From Botryllus schlosseri (taxonomy: Eukaryota), in NCBI GenBank assembly GCA_051294905.1, contig CM119384.1, forward strand, positions 7,440,001-7,504,000: a DNA stretch of 64,000 nt, read 5' to 3'. How positions within the stretch are numbered: position 1 is the first letter of the stretch; every line of letters begins with the position of its first letter. Below the pieces are notes generated by a model. That model had not been told where the DNA came from and made no database searches. It saw only the letters and a program-made list of their open reading frames with translations. This document shows, piece after piece, positions 42,201 through 51,402 of this stretch. A program made the position numbers and the translations under genes.

Positions 42201-45200
42201 ATTGAATAAAAATTGAAGAGCTTCTTGGAGGTACAAAACTTGAATAGGCTATATAATTGAATAGTAGCGTATATTCATATCAAGATAAACCCGACTATTT
42301 CTCACTGGGCAGCAAGCCTTTTCTCCGTAGGCCGCAGGCTGAACACCTCTGAGTTACAAGACAGTCGATAAGTAAAACTAAAGCAATCAAGACCAGGTAA
42401 ACATAAGAAAACTACTCTATCATAGAAAAAATATACATCAACCCACAGACCTGCTGCGGATCCCGATTAACGACCGGCTTGTTTGTGATGTTCTTTGCGC
42501 GATTCGCATATTTCAACGCGTTTATGGTCTCAGCGAAGCTCGTCGACGACGGACTGATGCAGGTTATCATCACAGTGTGCGCGTTACCTCCGAGGGAATC
42601 TTTCAAAACTCTAAAAACAGCAAAAGCGATTACTGGCGTTCTAGCGTTTTCATACCGATTAACTAAATAGTATATTCATATTGAAATGAACCCGAATATT
42701 TTCGGCTGACACTCGTCAGGGGTAATCGTCAGCAACTAGTAGAGAATTGGAAAGAACATTGTATATCAACAATCGTATCACAAAATATGACGTCACCAGC
42801 ATGAAAGAGAGAGCGTTCTTTCATGCTGGTGACGTCATATTTTGTGATACGATTGTTGATATACAATGTTCTTTCCAATTCTCTACTAGTTGCTGACGAT
42901 TACCCCTGACGAGTGTCAGCCGAAAATATTCGGGTTCATTTCAATATGAATATACTATTTAATTGTATATTGAAGTTCTGTACCTCCAAGAAGCTCTTCA
43001 AATACCGATTAACGTAAAAAGTTGGTAGTTTAACCAAAAAAATTGGTAGGTAGAAGTGAAAGCAGTCAACTAGGCAAAAACCTGCCTCAATACGTTAAAA
43101 AAAATGTGAAGTACCTCGTTACTGGCCACCGCTGTATATTCTACACAAGAACGGGTACCGTAATATGTCACCTGGTGATCTTGGAATCTCGATACGGAAC
43201 GTGCCCCATTTTCTTCTTCTTTGGATCGCTCAGGGCGCTGATGACATTCCCCAACGCCAGGAGCCCGGTGTTGATTTGCACGGATTCCTTGAACCTGTCC
43301 CAAACCGATACCCTGATATTAATCTTTGCCGAATCGGGTCATCGTTCGAACTGGGAAAAATCGAGAATCTATGTGATTCCATTACGAATTGTGTATTAGG
43401 CATCTAGTTGAATCGAGGAACATTTATTATGACTTGATAACAGTATCGATGACGTGGAAAATCTAAATATGTACCTTTATTTGCAGCCACTAAGACAATA
43501 ATGGAAGTTCTACATCACATTAAAATTATTCGGTATTTTTTCGACGATACCTATTTCATCACACTTTGTGACAATGCTGATCATGACTTCAGAGAAATGT
43601 CATTTCCACTAAAGCGCTTAGTTTTGTACTAGATGTTTTGGAGGCTGCGATACGACCAACTGAAGTTTTAAGCTTCCCGCGTTGGGAACAAACAATCAAA
43701 CAATAATTCTTGTTCAGAACAGAACTCTTAACGGAAAGGAGGTATAATTTCAGTATTAGAAAATAATCGTCTTTCACTACTCAACTCGATTCATAACAAT
43801 TAACACTCGATTGGAATTTGAGCACTCGAATCATTGTTCCCAGCCCTCGTCATCTCCAGTTGTGATTGCCGCGGACGCAAGCTCAGGCAAAAGCCACAAT
43901 ATAATTTCCAGGGGCAATGTAAGGACATGACGGGTGTATTATGAATCTAAATGACAGACTGAAGTCAACTTATATGATTTTGCTACGGTGGTGCATATTG
44001 ACAATATTTCAAATATAGATTGCGATAATATTTATGATTTACACCAAATACAGTGTAAATAATAAATTACAAATTACGGTTCTAGTATCAACTACCTTTC
44101 GCCCGTATTCCCAGTTCTGTTCGCTCTTTCCGACCCCGCCAGATCAACGAAATGAAATTTAGAAGACATGACGTTAACCAACTTCTCTTCGTTGAGATCG
44201 GTGCTTGCGATGCTGCTCAGAATATCCACCGAAGAAGAATTGTTGTTGTTATTGTCGTTTTGGGGTCTGGGCGTACACGGCCATGTCTGGAAGACACAAC
44301 AAATGACCCACATGAAGACACTTCCCTGATGCAATGAGGTGCCGACGCTCCTTGAGCAAGCACGATAAGAATGACAAAGTGTGAAATCAAACACGTCTTA
44401 TTTCCGATATACTACCATCTGTGAGACATGCTATTAAAGAAAACTCTGTTCTGTCTTGCAAATCATGGAAATTCCGCATGATCGGGGTTCGATCAAGGAT
44501 GCAACAATCATTAATACAACTAGATCGCTGGTTGAGTCCATATAAAATGAAATTATCAAAACCTCCTCCGGGCAAGCTACAAGTATACAAACCAGGGTCG
44601 TAACCAAGTCACAAGGTTCCGAGTCACAAGTCAATCTCACTTTTATACTTTTGACTCAAGTCGAGTCATTTTCATTTCACCACCTAGTCAAGTCCGAGTC
44701 AACTAGTAGAGGTTCAAGTCCGAGTCACAGTGTTTTGACTCGAGTCCAAGTTGTTGTTTTCACTGTTCAGTTTTCAGTTCAATGCTGCTCTGCTCGAGTG
44801 ATATAAAATAACTTTAGTATTCTTGGAAATAACAATGAAATGTCTGTCTTGGCCGTGTCAGTCTCGGGTCATGCAAAATGACTCAGGTACAAGTCGAGTC
44901 AATACACAATAGGACTCGAGTCGAGTCGAGTCACCACAAAATCACGACTGGAGTCAGACTCGAGCCATTACAACCCCGATACAAACCATGTTATATTTGT
45001 TACAATGCTGAGTTTGGTATCGAGGATGCATATTGCATAACTCACGCATGCTGTTGTATTCTTACTGCCAAGGGTCAAATGTACCACTTGATACAGCAAG
45101 GTCGAACGGTACCTGGATCAGATGAAGGCTGAAGATTGCGTGCGATCGGCTGGACAGTTCGTTCATCTGCGTTGCGCCGGTGTGCCGGACCGCACTGCCT

Positions 45201-46903
45201 TTTTGTAATAGACTCATCACTTCCTCGGCGGTGATGCATACTTCTTCTCGAGCCCCGATTATCACTAAAACAATTTTCCTATTGTAAGGTATAACTGGAA
45301 AAAATCCAACCACGGAAAAATATAGCAATAGCATTGTCACAGCATTTGTAGAGCGATTATTTACAAGAAAAGTACATGGTGTGGCACTTGCTAACAAAAC
45401 ACCATGCAACTTTCAATAAGCATTTGAAGAAGAATTTAACGACTACGAGTAATTTCACATACTGGTATTCCAATTTTGAGAGTTACCTTAGGGTACCATA
45501 CAATAAGACTCCAAATTATTGGCATGGCAAGTTTGGTTACGTATCAAAGCCAAAGTAAGTATTTCTCCATTTTAAAAGCTACTTTTTGATCTTACCAAAT
45601 ATCGTAACATTGTATTTCCAGGCTACGGCTGTAGTGAGAGAATTCGTATCTAACAATGAAAGCGCTACAGCGGCAATGTAGACCACAATAACAATCACAG
45701 ATACGGAGTGGACATTTGGAGAAAAATTGCTAATTATATTGATCAATGATCAATGCAACCAACAACGCATAAGTTTTGATTATTATCATCAGTGTCTTAC
45801 CAGTGTTACCATTCTGGTCTTCACGTATGTGCACGTCTTGACATTTTTGCAAGTCCACCTCCAGCAAATCTCTCACTTCCTCTTTATAAATCTCGACGTA
45901 AGACACCTGATAGAATGAAAAGCTTATCAAAGTGTTTAACTACCGAGATGATTAAAGACAAACCTTTAAGCTGTGATCGATATGCTTTCTGCCAAGCTGT
46001 TTCATTTCGCTGAAAATATTATCAACTGCTCTCGGTATGATGCCGCGTTCCTCTTTCGTAATATTAGCAGGATTGCTACCGCCGATAGTATATGTTTTTC
46101 CAGAGCCTGTCTGGCCGTAAGCAAATACGGTGGCATTATATCCTTGGAAGTATGTTGCGATGAGAGGCTTGATTGTGGTCTTGTATATTTCCTGAAATTG
46201 AAAATGCATAGTAGTTTCTATCCGAGAATGTGGGAAAGTATCTTTTGTTGTACTACAATAAATTTCAATTATTTGTACCATATTATGTGATGTAACTTAC
46301 TGGAATTCTTCATGGGTCCAGATTTTGTTAAAATACAGTTTTTTCATGTAAACATTTGGCAGCTTTTTCAAGTCAAAAAAGTTTTTTTTGGGCCAAACTA
46401 ATTCGTAAAGACAGACAGTTCCAACCAGAAATGAAGATAAGTAGTACAATTCTAACATTATGTGAGAAAACAACTCATTTACATACGTGAAGTAAAAATA
46501 TTGCCAAAATTAAGTTTTTCAAGGTCAAAAAATGTCAAAAGTTTGATTTTTTTGGTCAAAATCTTTCTTTTTCAAGTAAAAAAAAATTGCCCTAATTATT
46601 ACTATACAATATGGAGAGATATGTATACCTGTTGCTTGGCACTCCACCAGTGCAGATGGTCAAATGTGAAGGACCGATCTTTGCCAACTATGAGCTGATT
46701 CTTTGATTTCGGAACTTTTTTAACGCAAACCTAAATCACGGAAATGCATTTAGTTTGAATTTACCAAAAGAACGCATGTGAAACGGTTGTGCCAAATATA
46801 TAGTACGCCTAGCACACCATACCTGATGACTGTGAAGTCTTTCACCAGGTAAGAGAGGACGCACTCTTACAGCAACGCAAACATTCACAGGAGTTTCAGC
46901 CAT
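3259..46903 (-). CDS. KIF27: Kinesin-4 family motor, KIF27/KIF7 (Costal2-like), 28 coding exons, about 1461 aa
   Basis: Manually spliced GT-AG exons in 5'->3' order, all phase-compatible, total 4386 nt: 46903-46823, 46730-46629, 46191-45964, 45906-45801, 45264-45113, 44286-44096, 43294-43172, 42610-42451, 42072-41977, 41505-41346, 40656-40571, 40506-40387, 38546-38331, 21517-21309, 20568-20492, 19999-19835, 19131-18992, 17295-17233, 16714-16630, 15279-15167, 15103-15016, 10235-10030, 9417-9190, 8568-8353, 7456-7344, 7066-6981, 5541-5320, 3812-3259. Kinesin motifs: [14 protein letters not shown]-loop, [26 protein letters not shown]7/27-like tail motifs: [44 protein letters not shown]7 versus KIF27 cannot be resolved by eye. 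Confidence 0.92.
3965..5301. mobile_element. Related GACTCGAGTC-rich element with CAGTGTTG ends, containing a Tc1-like MITE
   Basis: CAGTGTTG...CAACACTG termini and GAGTC arrays at both ends. No clear TSD. Confidence 0.55.
4313..4701. mobile_element. Tc1/mariner-type fold-back MITE
   Basis: TIR CAGTAGGGTTGT...ACAACCCTACTG flanked by a TA duplication. Confidence 0.75.
5646..6212. mobile_element. Second copy of the Tc1-like fold-back MITE (about 250-bp imperfect arms, right end lost)
   Basis: Starts CAGTAGGGCTGTTCAAAAA. 5706-5945 pairs with 5965-6210. Homologous to 4313-4701. Confidence 0.7.
6293..6705. mobile_element. Older GACTCGAGTC-rich hAT MITE
   Basis: CAGGGTTGTAAT...CTACAACTCTG, with a degenerate TSD (5/8 match). 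Confidence 0.65.
7892..8172 (-). mobile_element. tRNA-derived SINE with Meta-like central domain, full length
   Basis: Reverse complement has an A-box-like TAGGGTAATTGT, B box GGTTCGATTCC and GGATCAGACCAAAGACC...CTTCCCCGTCTGGCGTTCAGCATTA. Confidence 0.75.
12639..13151. mobile_element. GACTCGAGTC-rich hAT MITE
   Basis: TIR CAGGGTTGTAAT...ATTACAACCCTG and TSD TTTTGAGG/TTTTGAAC. Confidence 0.8.
13456..14142 (+). CDS. Single-exon secreted Cys-rich glycoprotein, EPCIP/C21orf62-like, nested antisense in KIF27 intron 21
   Basis: 228-aa ORF with a hydrophobic N-terminal signal-like segment, a CxC-x6-C-x9-C-x2-C motif and 7 N-glycosylation sequons. [13 protein letters not shown] and [22 protein letters not shown] resemble the recalled human EPCIP segments EYLAICGLKRLRI and YISFLDMALFNRDSALKSYSI. 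A TTATTTTCAG acceptor lies 4 nt before the ATG. The family call is from memory. Confidence 0.7.
   Translation: MKLSLVKLTNLVILGCAIADAVTTRFLRFDESHQFLECNCPFKIFGCRQVENLTLDCDDCASRTFDNITLPFLERTTICCRDNEDSSDKTLLNVQTLVNYLNNSDIQHFATNGCDFEQSANTTSNTRDFIAINDFWKIRIKEIGSGTVLAQANVTESKLNVWAKAHTSEKRARDLTNSLYVKTDTFSEVYSDNSTVKSFTVIDWSGNNSDPSLRTYLYATSDTGDTDP
14791..14975 (+). mobile_element. Diverged full-length monomer (about 185 bp) of the hammerhead repeat family
   Basis: Aligns along 42817-43001. Core is degenerate (UUGACGA...GGAA). Confidence 0.7.
15653..16130. mobile_element. GACTCGAGTC-rich hAT MITE
   Basis: CAGGGTTGTAAT...ATTACAGCCCTG and TSD CTTCTGCT/CTTCTACT. Confidence 0.82.
17949..18820 (-). mobile_element. 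Internally deleted hAT element with a transposase C-terminal relic
   Basis: TAGGGCG...CGCCCTA termini and TTTTGAC subterminal arrays. The minus strand encodes [12 protein letters not shown], then after a frameshift [15 protein letters not shown], resembling the hAT dimerisation motif PxSSxxxERxFS. Confidence 0.6.
26866..36087 (+). CDS. Leucine-rich-repeat protein with long Ser/Lys/Thr-rich low-complexity N-terminus, about 752 aa, nested antisense in KIF27 intron 13
   Basis: Phase-compatible GT-AG exons 26866-26950 (tentative first exon), 30316-31608, 33167-33364, 33604-33749, 34488-34624, 34770-34937, 35856-36087, total 2259 nt. LRR units include [60 protein letters not shown] and [11 protein letters not shown]. 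Confidence 0.78.
35085..35215 (-). mobile_element. 3' fragment of the same SINE, in the last intron of the LRR gene
   Basis: Shares GAGTGCATGATGTGCATA and CTGTGCATATG with the other copies. Confidence 0.6.
37327..37410. repeat. Short fold-back fragment of the hammerhead repeat family 3' end
   Basis: AAGAGCATTTTAGAGGTACCGAACTTCAATATAC followed by an inverted ATATGAATATACTAT segment. Confidence 0.5.
37555..38034. mobile_element. GACTCGAGTC-rich hAT MITE, opposite orientation
   Basis: CAGGGTTGTAA...TTACCCCCTG and TSD CTACATGT/TTACATGT. Confidence 0.82.
38623..39249. mobile_element. AGTAG/TACTT-rich hAT-like MITE, hosting a hammerhead-family insert
   Basis: CAGAGGTGGTC...GACCAGCTCCT and an 8-bp direct repeat AGCATAAC on both sides. 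Related fragments at about 520-700, 8180-8280, 9780-9960, 16390-16540, 20150-20406 and 63860-63990. Confidence 0.6.
38747..38866 (-). mobile_element. Hammerhead-family copy with degenerate core, nested in a hAT MITE
   Basis: Reverse complement reads CCCTGACGAGTGTCAGCCGCAAATATTC...GAAGCTCTT, with helix I 3' strand deleted. Confidence 0.7.
42213..42280 (-). repeat. 3' fragment of the hammerhead repeat family
   Basis: TTGAAGAGCTTCTTGGAGGTAC matches the reverse complement of the family 3' end. Confidence 0.6.
42690..42723 (-). ncRNA. Minimal hammerhead ribozyme motif, mirror copy, sense in the KIF27 pre-mRNA
   Basis: Exact reverse complement of 42902-42935 within the palindrome. Confidence 0.7.
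42902..42935 (+). ncRNA. Minimal type I hammerhead ribozyme motif
   Basis: ACCC-CUGACGA-G(UGUCAGC)C-GAA-AAUAUU-C-GGGU. Helix I is ACCC/GGGU, the core is CUGANGA...GAAA, helix III is the palindrome AAUAUU, and the predicted cleavage is after C42931. Confidence 0.72.
44593..44978. mobile_element. GACTCGAGTC-rich hAT MITE
   Basis: CAGGGTCGTAA...TTACAACCCCG and perfect TSD ATACAAAC. Confidence 0.85.
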
Positions 46904-47739
46904 ATTCCAGTTTCAATTCATTTGTCCTAACAATACATGTTTAAAAAAGACTACGGCTGTAGAAATGATAAATACCTCATAATCTCATTCCAATGAAATC
47001 TTATCAGGTGTCAGAAGCAAAGCAATCCTGCTGCGACTCGGTACACATGTGGGTGGTCATACTTTCAGATCTACTTTTACAACAGTTACTATAAATGCTC
47101 TTTTATGACTTTTTCCTCAAAAGAATTCCAAAGAGCAAAAATTTGGCATCTGCTTGTTTGCTAAAAACAGTTCAATTTTCAAACACATGACCACGGGCAA
47201 GAGGATTCTACCATGCTGCTACCTCTGATGGAGCTTGCAGTTTTAAGAAATTTGAACAGAGGAAAAAGGTTCCAAAATAAAAGCACTTTGAAACGTGATC
47301 CATCATTGACCATTGAACAAAGATATCAATTTGATATTTTGAATGATTTGTCCTGGACTGTAGGAAAGGATCAGTCTAGGACATACGCTGTGTTTCTAAA
47401 ATCCTACAATTTTTAAGAATACTTGAAAGTGATTTAGGAAAGTCCTACTTTTCAAGTAGTTACTTGGGCGGGAATTTCAGTTGGCGAGCTGTAGATTGTA
47501 AAAGTTCGAAAATACAGCTTTAAACCTTGATGTGGTTCTCAACTTCTGAGAAGGCAAAATAGTATAAACACTCAAAGCAATAAGATGGAAAATACTGCAG
47601 GATTGATGAAGAGACAACAACACCAATATTCCAAGTATACGAAATCAGTTAACAAATCCATCATGATAGTACCACAGTCTTCTGACACCGGCCAAAGACA
47701 ATTTCAGCGCTTATCACATCAGCTCACAAAAACAAGATG

Positions 47740-48153
47740 TCATTTGGCCCGAAGCCTTTTAATAAATATTATTTCATCATGATTGTTTATTCCGTATTCC
47801 TTCAAAACTTTTTTATCATCTTGTAATTTCTGACGGTTGAAAGACAGCCAGTAGCTCTTCCAGACATACTTCCAATTGACTTTCCTCGAATCATTGCTCC
47901 GTTGCATTTGCAAGGTGACATACCGCTGAATAGCATTTTTCAAATCGAGAACGGTGGCGTTCAAGTTTACGATAACGGAATAGCTATCGCCGTCGGCCCG
48001 ACATATTGTTAGTGACATTGCCTGACCATATTCCAATCCAGTCAGAGCATTAACTTCTTCAATGGTTGTATCTTGGTTTACATCAACAAGCAAAGGATCT
48101 CCCAGCATTTCGTCAAGTTTCTGGTTGCAATAATTTTCAATGTCAAAATCCAT
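47740..48153 (-). CDS. SNRNP25: U11/U12 snRNP 25-kDa protein (minor spliceosome), uninterrupted CDS
   Basis: 137-aa ORF with DPLLVDV...IEEVNALTGLEYGQAM, ATVLDLKNAIQRY, VNWKYVWKSYWLSF and YGINNHDEIIFIKRLR, matching the recalled SNRNP25 ubiquitin-like domain. Confidence 0.92.
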   Translation of the reverse strand: MDFDIENYCNQKLDEMLGDPLLVDVNQDTTIEEVNALTGLEYGQAMSLTICRADGDSYSVIVNLNATVLDLKNAIQRYVTLQMQRSNDSRKVNWKYVWKSYWLSFNRQKLQDDKKVLKEYGINNHDEIIFIKRLRAK

Positions 48154-49232
48154 CTTTTATATAATACGCTTGACAATCTTTTTGCTTTAAGATGATTTCA
48201 ATTTCGTATCTTGTTATCAGACTGATCTATTTTGATATGCATTATTGGTTCACACTATAAATCCTATTATTTATATATAACATGGAGTGATCTGAATGAA
48301 GGTAAAATTAAGTTTGAGGGCATTCGTCGGTCAAACTAAGTGTGCTCAATGCCACAATAACGAGTGGCGGTAACCGAACTGTAGTGCTGAAACATCAGGT
48401 CCTCTTATTTCACCCATCACACTATTTTCGCTCATTGATGCACTCGATAAGTTTTTTTTTTCAACCCAATGTTTTGTTTCCGTTTCGCTATAGTCTTGAA
48501 TAAGAGCGAATTGAAACCTTGTCCTAAAGAACGATTACCTGCACCATTAATGATTCCTCAACGTCTTCGTTTCAGCCTGACCCTCAATAATTCCGGATAT
48601 ATTCTCTTAATCCTTTTAAATTTAATAAATCACGAAACTACACAACTGCCCGCCGCGAATGGTATTTATATTTTGTTTGACAACGGTGAACTACCGGAGC
48701 GTATCGATTCTATTCGAGCCACTTTTGATTGAATACTATGGATTGAATCTGCTTTTATTATTTTCGCTCAGTATAATTTCATGATTTCAAAACACCTCAA
48801 GATTACGATACAAGGAGAACATAGGAAGGAGTCAAAACATCTTGGAGTAGTATTTCAACCAAACACTCACCTTTCCGTACTACATGTAAATAAAAAAACA
48901 GGTACAGTGTAGTACAAGCATAGCCTTTATATAAAGGCTATGGTACAAGCAATGATATATATATCATTGGGTACAAGGAATTAAAAGTAACAAAAGCTGG
49001 AACAAAAAGGGCAAGCGATTAAAATAGTGAAATAGTGACAAATGTCGGCACTCGGTAGGTGAAATAGCTATATCACATTGTGGTCCGGTAATCTCGACCA
49101 CAGACTATAGCAATCATTCTGTAGAATATGCCTGTATTTTGTCTTCAATGTGGATCATATATACACTGGATATGCTCAACAAATGTCGAATCACCTACGG
49201 GCTTAATACAGGGGCATATTTTTTGCTACGAT

Positions 49233-49492
49233 TAGGGTTACCATATTTTGAAATTGGGAAAGGAGGACACTTTTACCAAATCTCAAAAGTTAATTGATTA
49301 AGACTGGAATCAGCCGATCTCGCTATTTCTGTTGAAAATTTTGGTGGGTCGACTAAAAAAAGGTCACTACTTCCGTGGGAATCCCACATAAAATTGGTGG
49401 TGTTGACTAAAGAAAGAGGTCCTCCGAGGACATTTTCAAAAGCCTGAAAAAGGAGGACAAATCCTCTTAAAGGAGGGCGTATGTTAACCCTA
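49233..49492. mobile_element. hAT (Tip100-like) MITE between the divergent SNRNP25 and SNRPE genes
   Basis: TIR TAGGGTTACCAT...ATGTTAACCCTA and TSD GCTACGAT/GCTAAGAT. Confidence 0.75.
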
Positions 49493-49770
49493 GCTAAGAT
49501 GGACGATATGCATTTATAAAACAGCAGCAGCTCTATATGTTTCGTATATCTTCAGAAATTTTTCAGCAACAATAATTTCTGTCCAGAATAAGTCATGCAT
49601 AGCGTACGGCAGAGACGCGGTAACTCATTAGCGCTATCGTGCGTCTAAAGCCCTATACGAGAGCAAAACGTTTTTCACGCTGCACTGTATATTCACTCAT
49701 CAGGCGGATTGTTGGCTAACTTTGCCGAAATTTTGTTGCACTTCGTTGTCGCGAAGAAAAAAAAAAGAAA

Positions 49771-50064
49771 ATGGCTTTTAAGGGAGGCACCAAGGTTCAA
49801 AAGGTGATGGTCCAGCCCATCAACCTGATTTTTCGTTACCTGCAAAATCGCTCGAGAGTATCGATTTGGTTGTACGACCAAATAAATATTCGCGTGGAAG
49901 GGCACATCGTTGGATTCGACGAATACATGAACCTTGTACTGGACGACGCTGCCGAAGTTCACCTCAAAAAGAACACTAAAAAGAACTTGGGAAGAATCAT
50001 GCTCAAAGGGGACAATATAACAGTCATACAGCAAGTCCAAGATTTTGAGGGTATGGCAGCTTGA
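49771..50064 (+). CDS. SNRPE: Small nuclear ribonucleoprotein E (SmE), uninterrupted CDS
   Basis: [28 protein letters not shown]...[18 protein letters not shown]...[12 protein letters not shown] is near-invariant SmE sequence. Confidence 0.97.
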   Translation: MAFKGGTKVQKVMVQPINLIFRYLQNRSRVSIWLYDQINIRVEGHIVGFDEYMNLVLDDAAEVHLKKNTKKNLGRIMLKGDNITVIQQVQDFEGMAA

Positions 50065-51402
50065 ATCTCATCGAAGTCCTGATAAGCTTTCAATACTACC
50101 CATGCTCGATCCTCTTTGAATGACGTTTTCCAAAATAATGTGATTAAAAAACTTTTTCGTACTGTACAGTGTACACCTGTTTTCTCAACAGCTTTGTGCA
50201 AATATCGAAGTAGGTGTCATTTGAATGAAATGCAATGTTGCCTTAAGCCTTGTACGAGTAACGAGTGTAAATGTATCCATATTGCACTAAATAACAAAGG
50301 CTATTGATTTCGATGGCGGAACTACTTGGTGAAGCAATTCTCAAGCTGTAACCTGAACATGTCTTGAAATCTGATCTTGCTACAATATGGAATTGGAATG
50401 GACAACCCTCCAGCCCATAATAGAGAAATGAAACAAAGTTTTAGTTACAAGGTCTGCAGTTGATAACACTTGAATTAGTAGCCTACTGCAAAAAAAATTG
50501 CTGTGGGGCATCCTTTTGAATGTTAGGTCTTGAAGGGGAAGCGTGAGAGACCTGAATAGTGTTGGGATATTACTGAGCCAAGACGTTCACTATATACTGT
50601 TATCAAGGTACATGCCACTTACCACTCAATATGTCAAATTCAGAACAATGTATACGGCCACTTACCACTCAATATGTAAACTTGGAACAATGTATAGACT
50701 ATGGCTGTCAATTCTAACATTTGTGGTGGCGGGTCTGACATTTGAAGACCAGACTAACTTAGTTCTAAAAATATTCACTCACACGACAAAGTCTCTGTCT
50801 CTGACACAGCAAACACAAAGAGAAAATTAGTAAATGAAAGGGTCCCCCACCCCTTCGATTTCATGTGAAGTAAGTAGAAGTGGTTTGAAATACAGAGTAT
50901 GGTACTTGAAGAGAAATATTTTATGAAAGTGTCATTATCGTTGCCAACAAGGCTTCTCTTTGAAAAATGATGGTCATAATGCCTAGTTACATAATAGACA
51001 GTTTCAACATTAGCATATGTTGGCAAATGCTATGCAGGCTCATTGTGATTGTCACACTGTCTTCACTGTAAAAAATATAACCACTGGATCCAAGTCCTGT
51101 CTGTACTAGTGCAAAGTACATACGCTATCTTACTAAAATACTTCGTCATTTGATCAACGTGCCATGAGCGGAATGCCTCCTCTCAACAATCTGCACTCCT
51201 AACAGTTCACAGCTGATGTTCACTGTTAGAAACTCGACAAAATACCTGATGTAAAACAGGAACAAGGTTACGTACAGAGATCTTTCGCAACAACCATTTC
51301 TCGGCTTTATTTCACAGTGCATGATTGTCACAGGCAACACGCTAGCCTGTGGTGGTGGTGCAACAGCATAGAACTAGGAAACAGGCAGCAGCCGTGGACA
51401 CA

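Larger units (their letters stand above)
42664..43001. mobile_element. Fold-back non-autonomous retro-insertion (Penelope-like pLTR/retrozyme candidate) with 12-bp TSD
   Basis: Perfect 145-bp arms (42664-42808 and 42817-42961), an 8-nt loop and a 40-bp unpaired tail. Flanked by ATACCGATTAAC at 42652-42663 and 43002-43013. Confidence 0.75.

Noticed and set aside
42664-42961. miRNA precursor or TIR-type MITE
   Set aside because: The arms are long and perfect, derive from a dispersed repeat, and have a 12-bp TSD with an asymmetric tail. This fits an inverted retro-insertion better.
50614-50698. CRISPR-like repeat
   Set aside because: Only two adjacent 43-bp units with no spacers, in a eukaryote. 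It is a simple tandem duplication.
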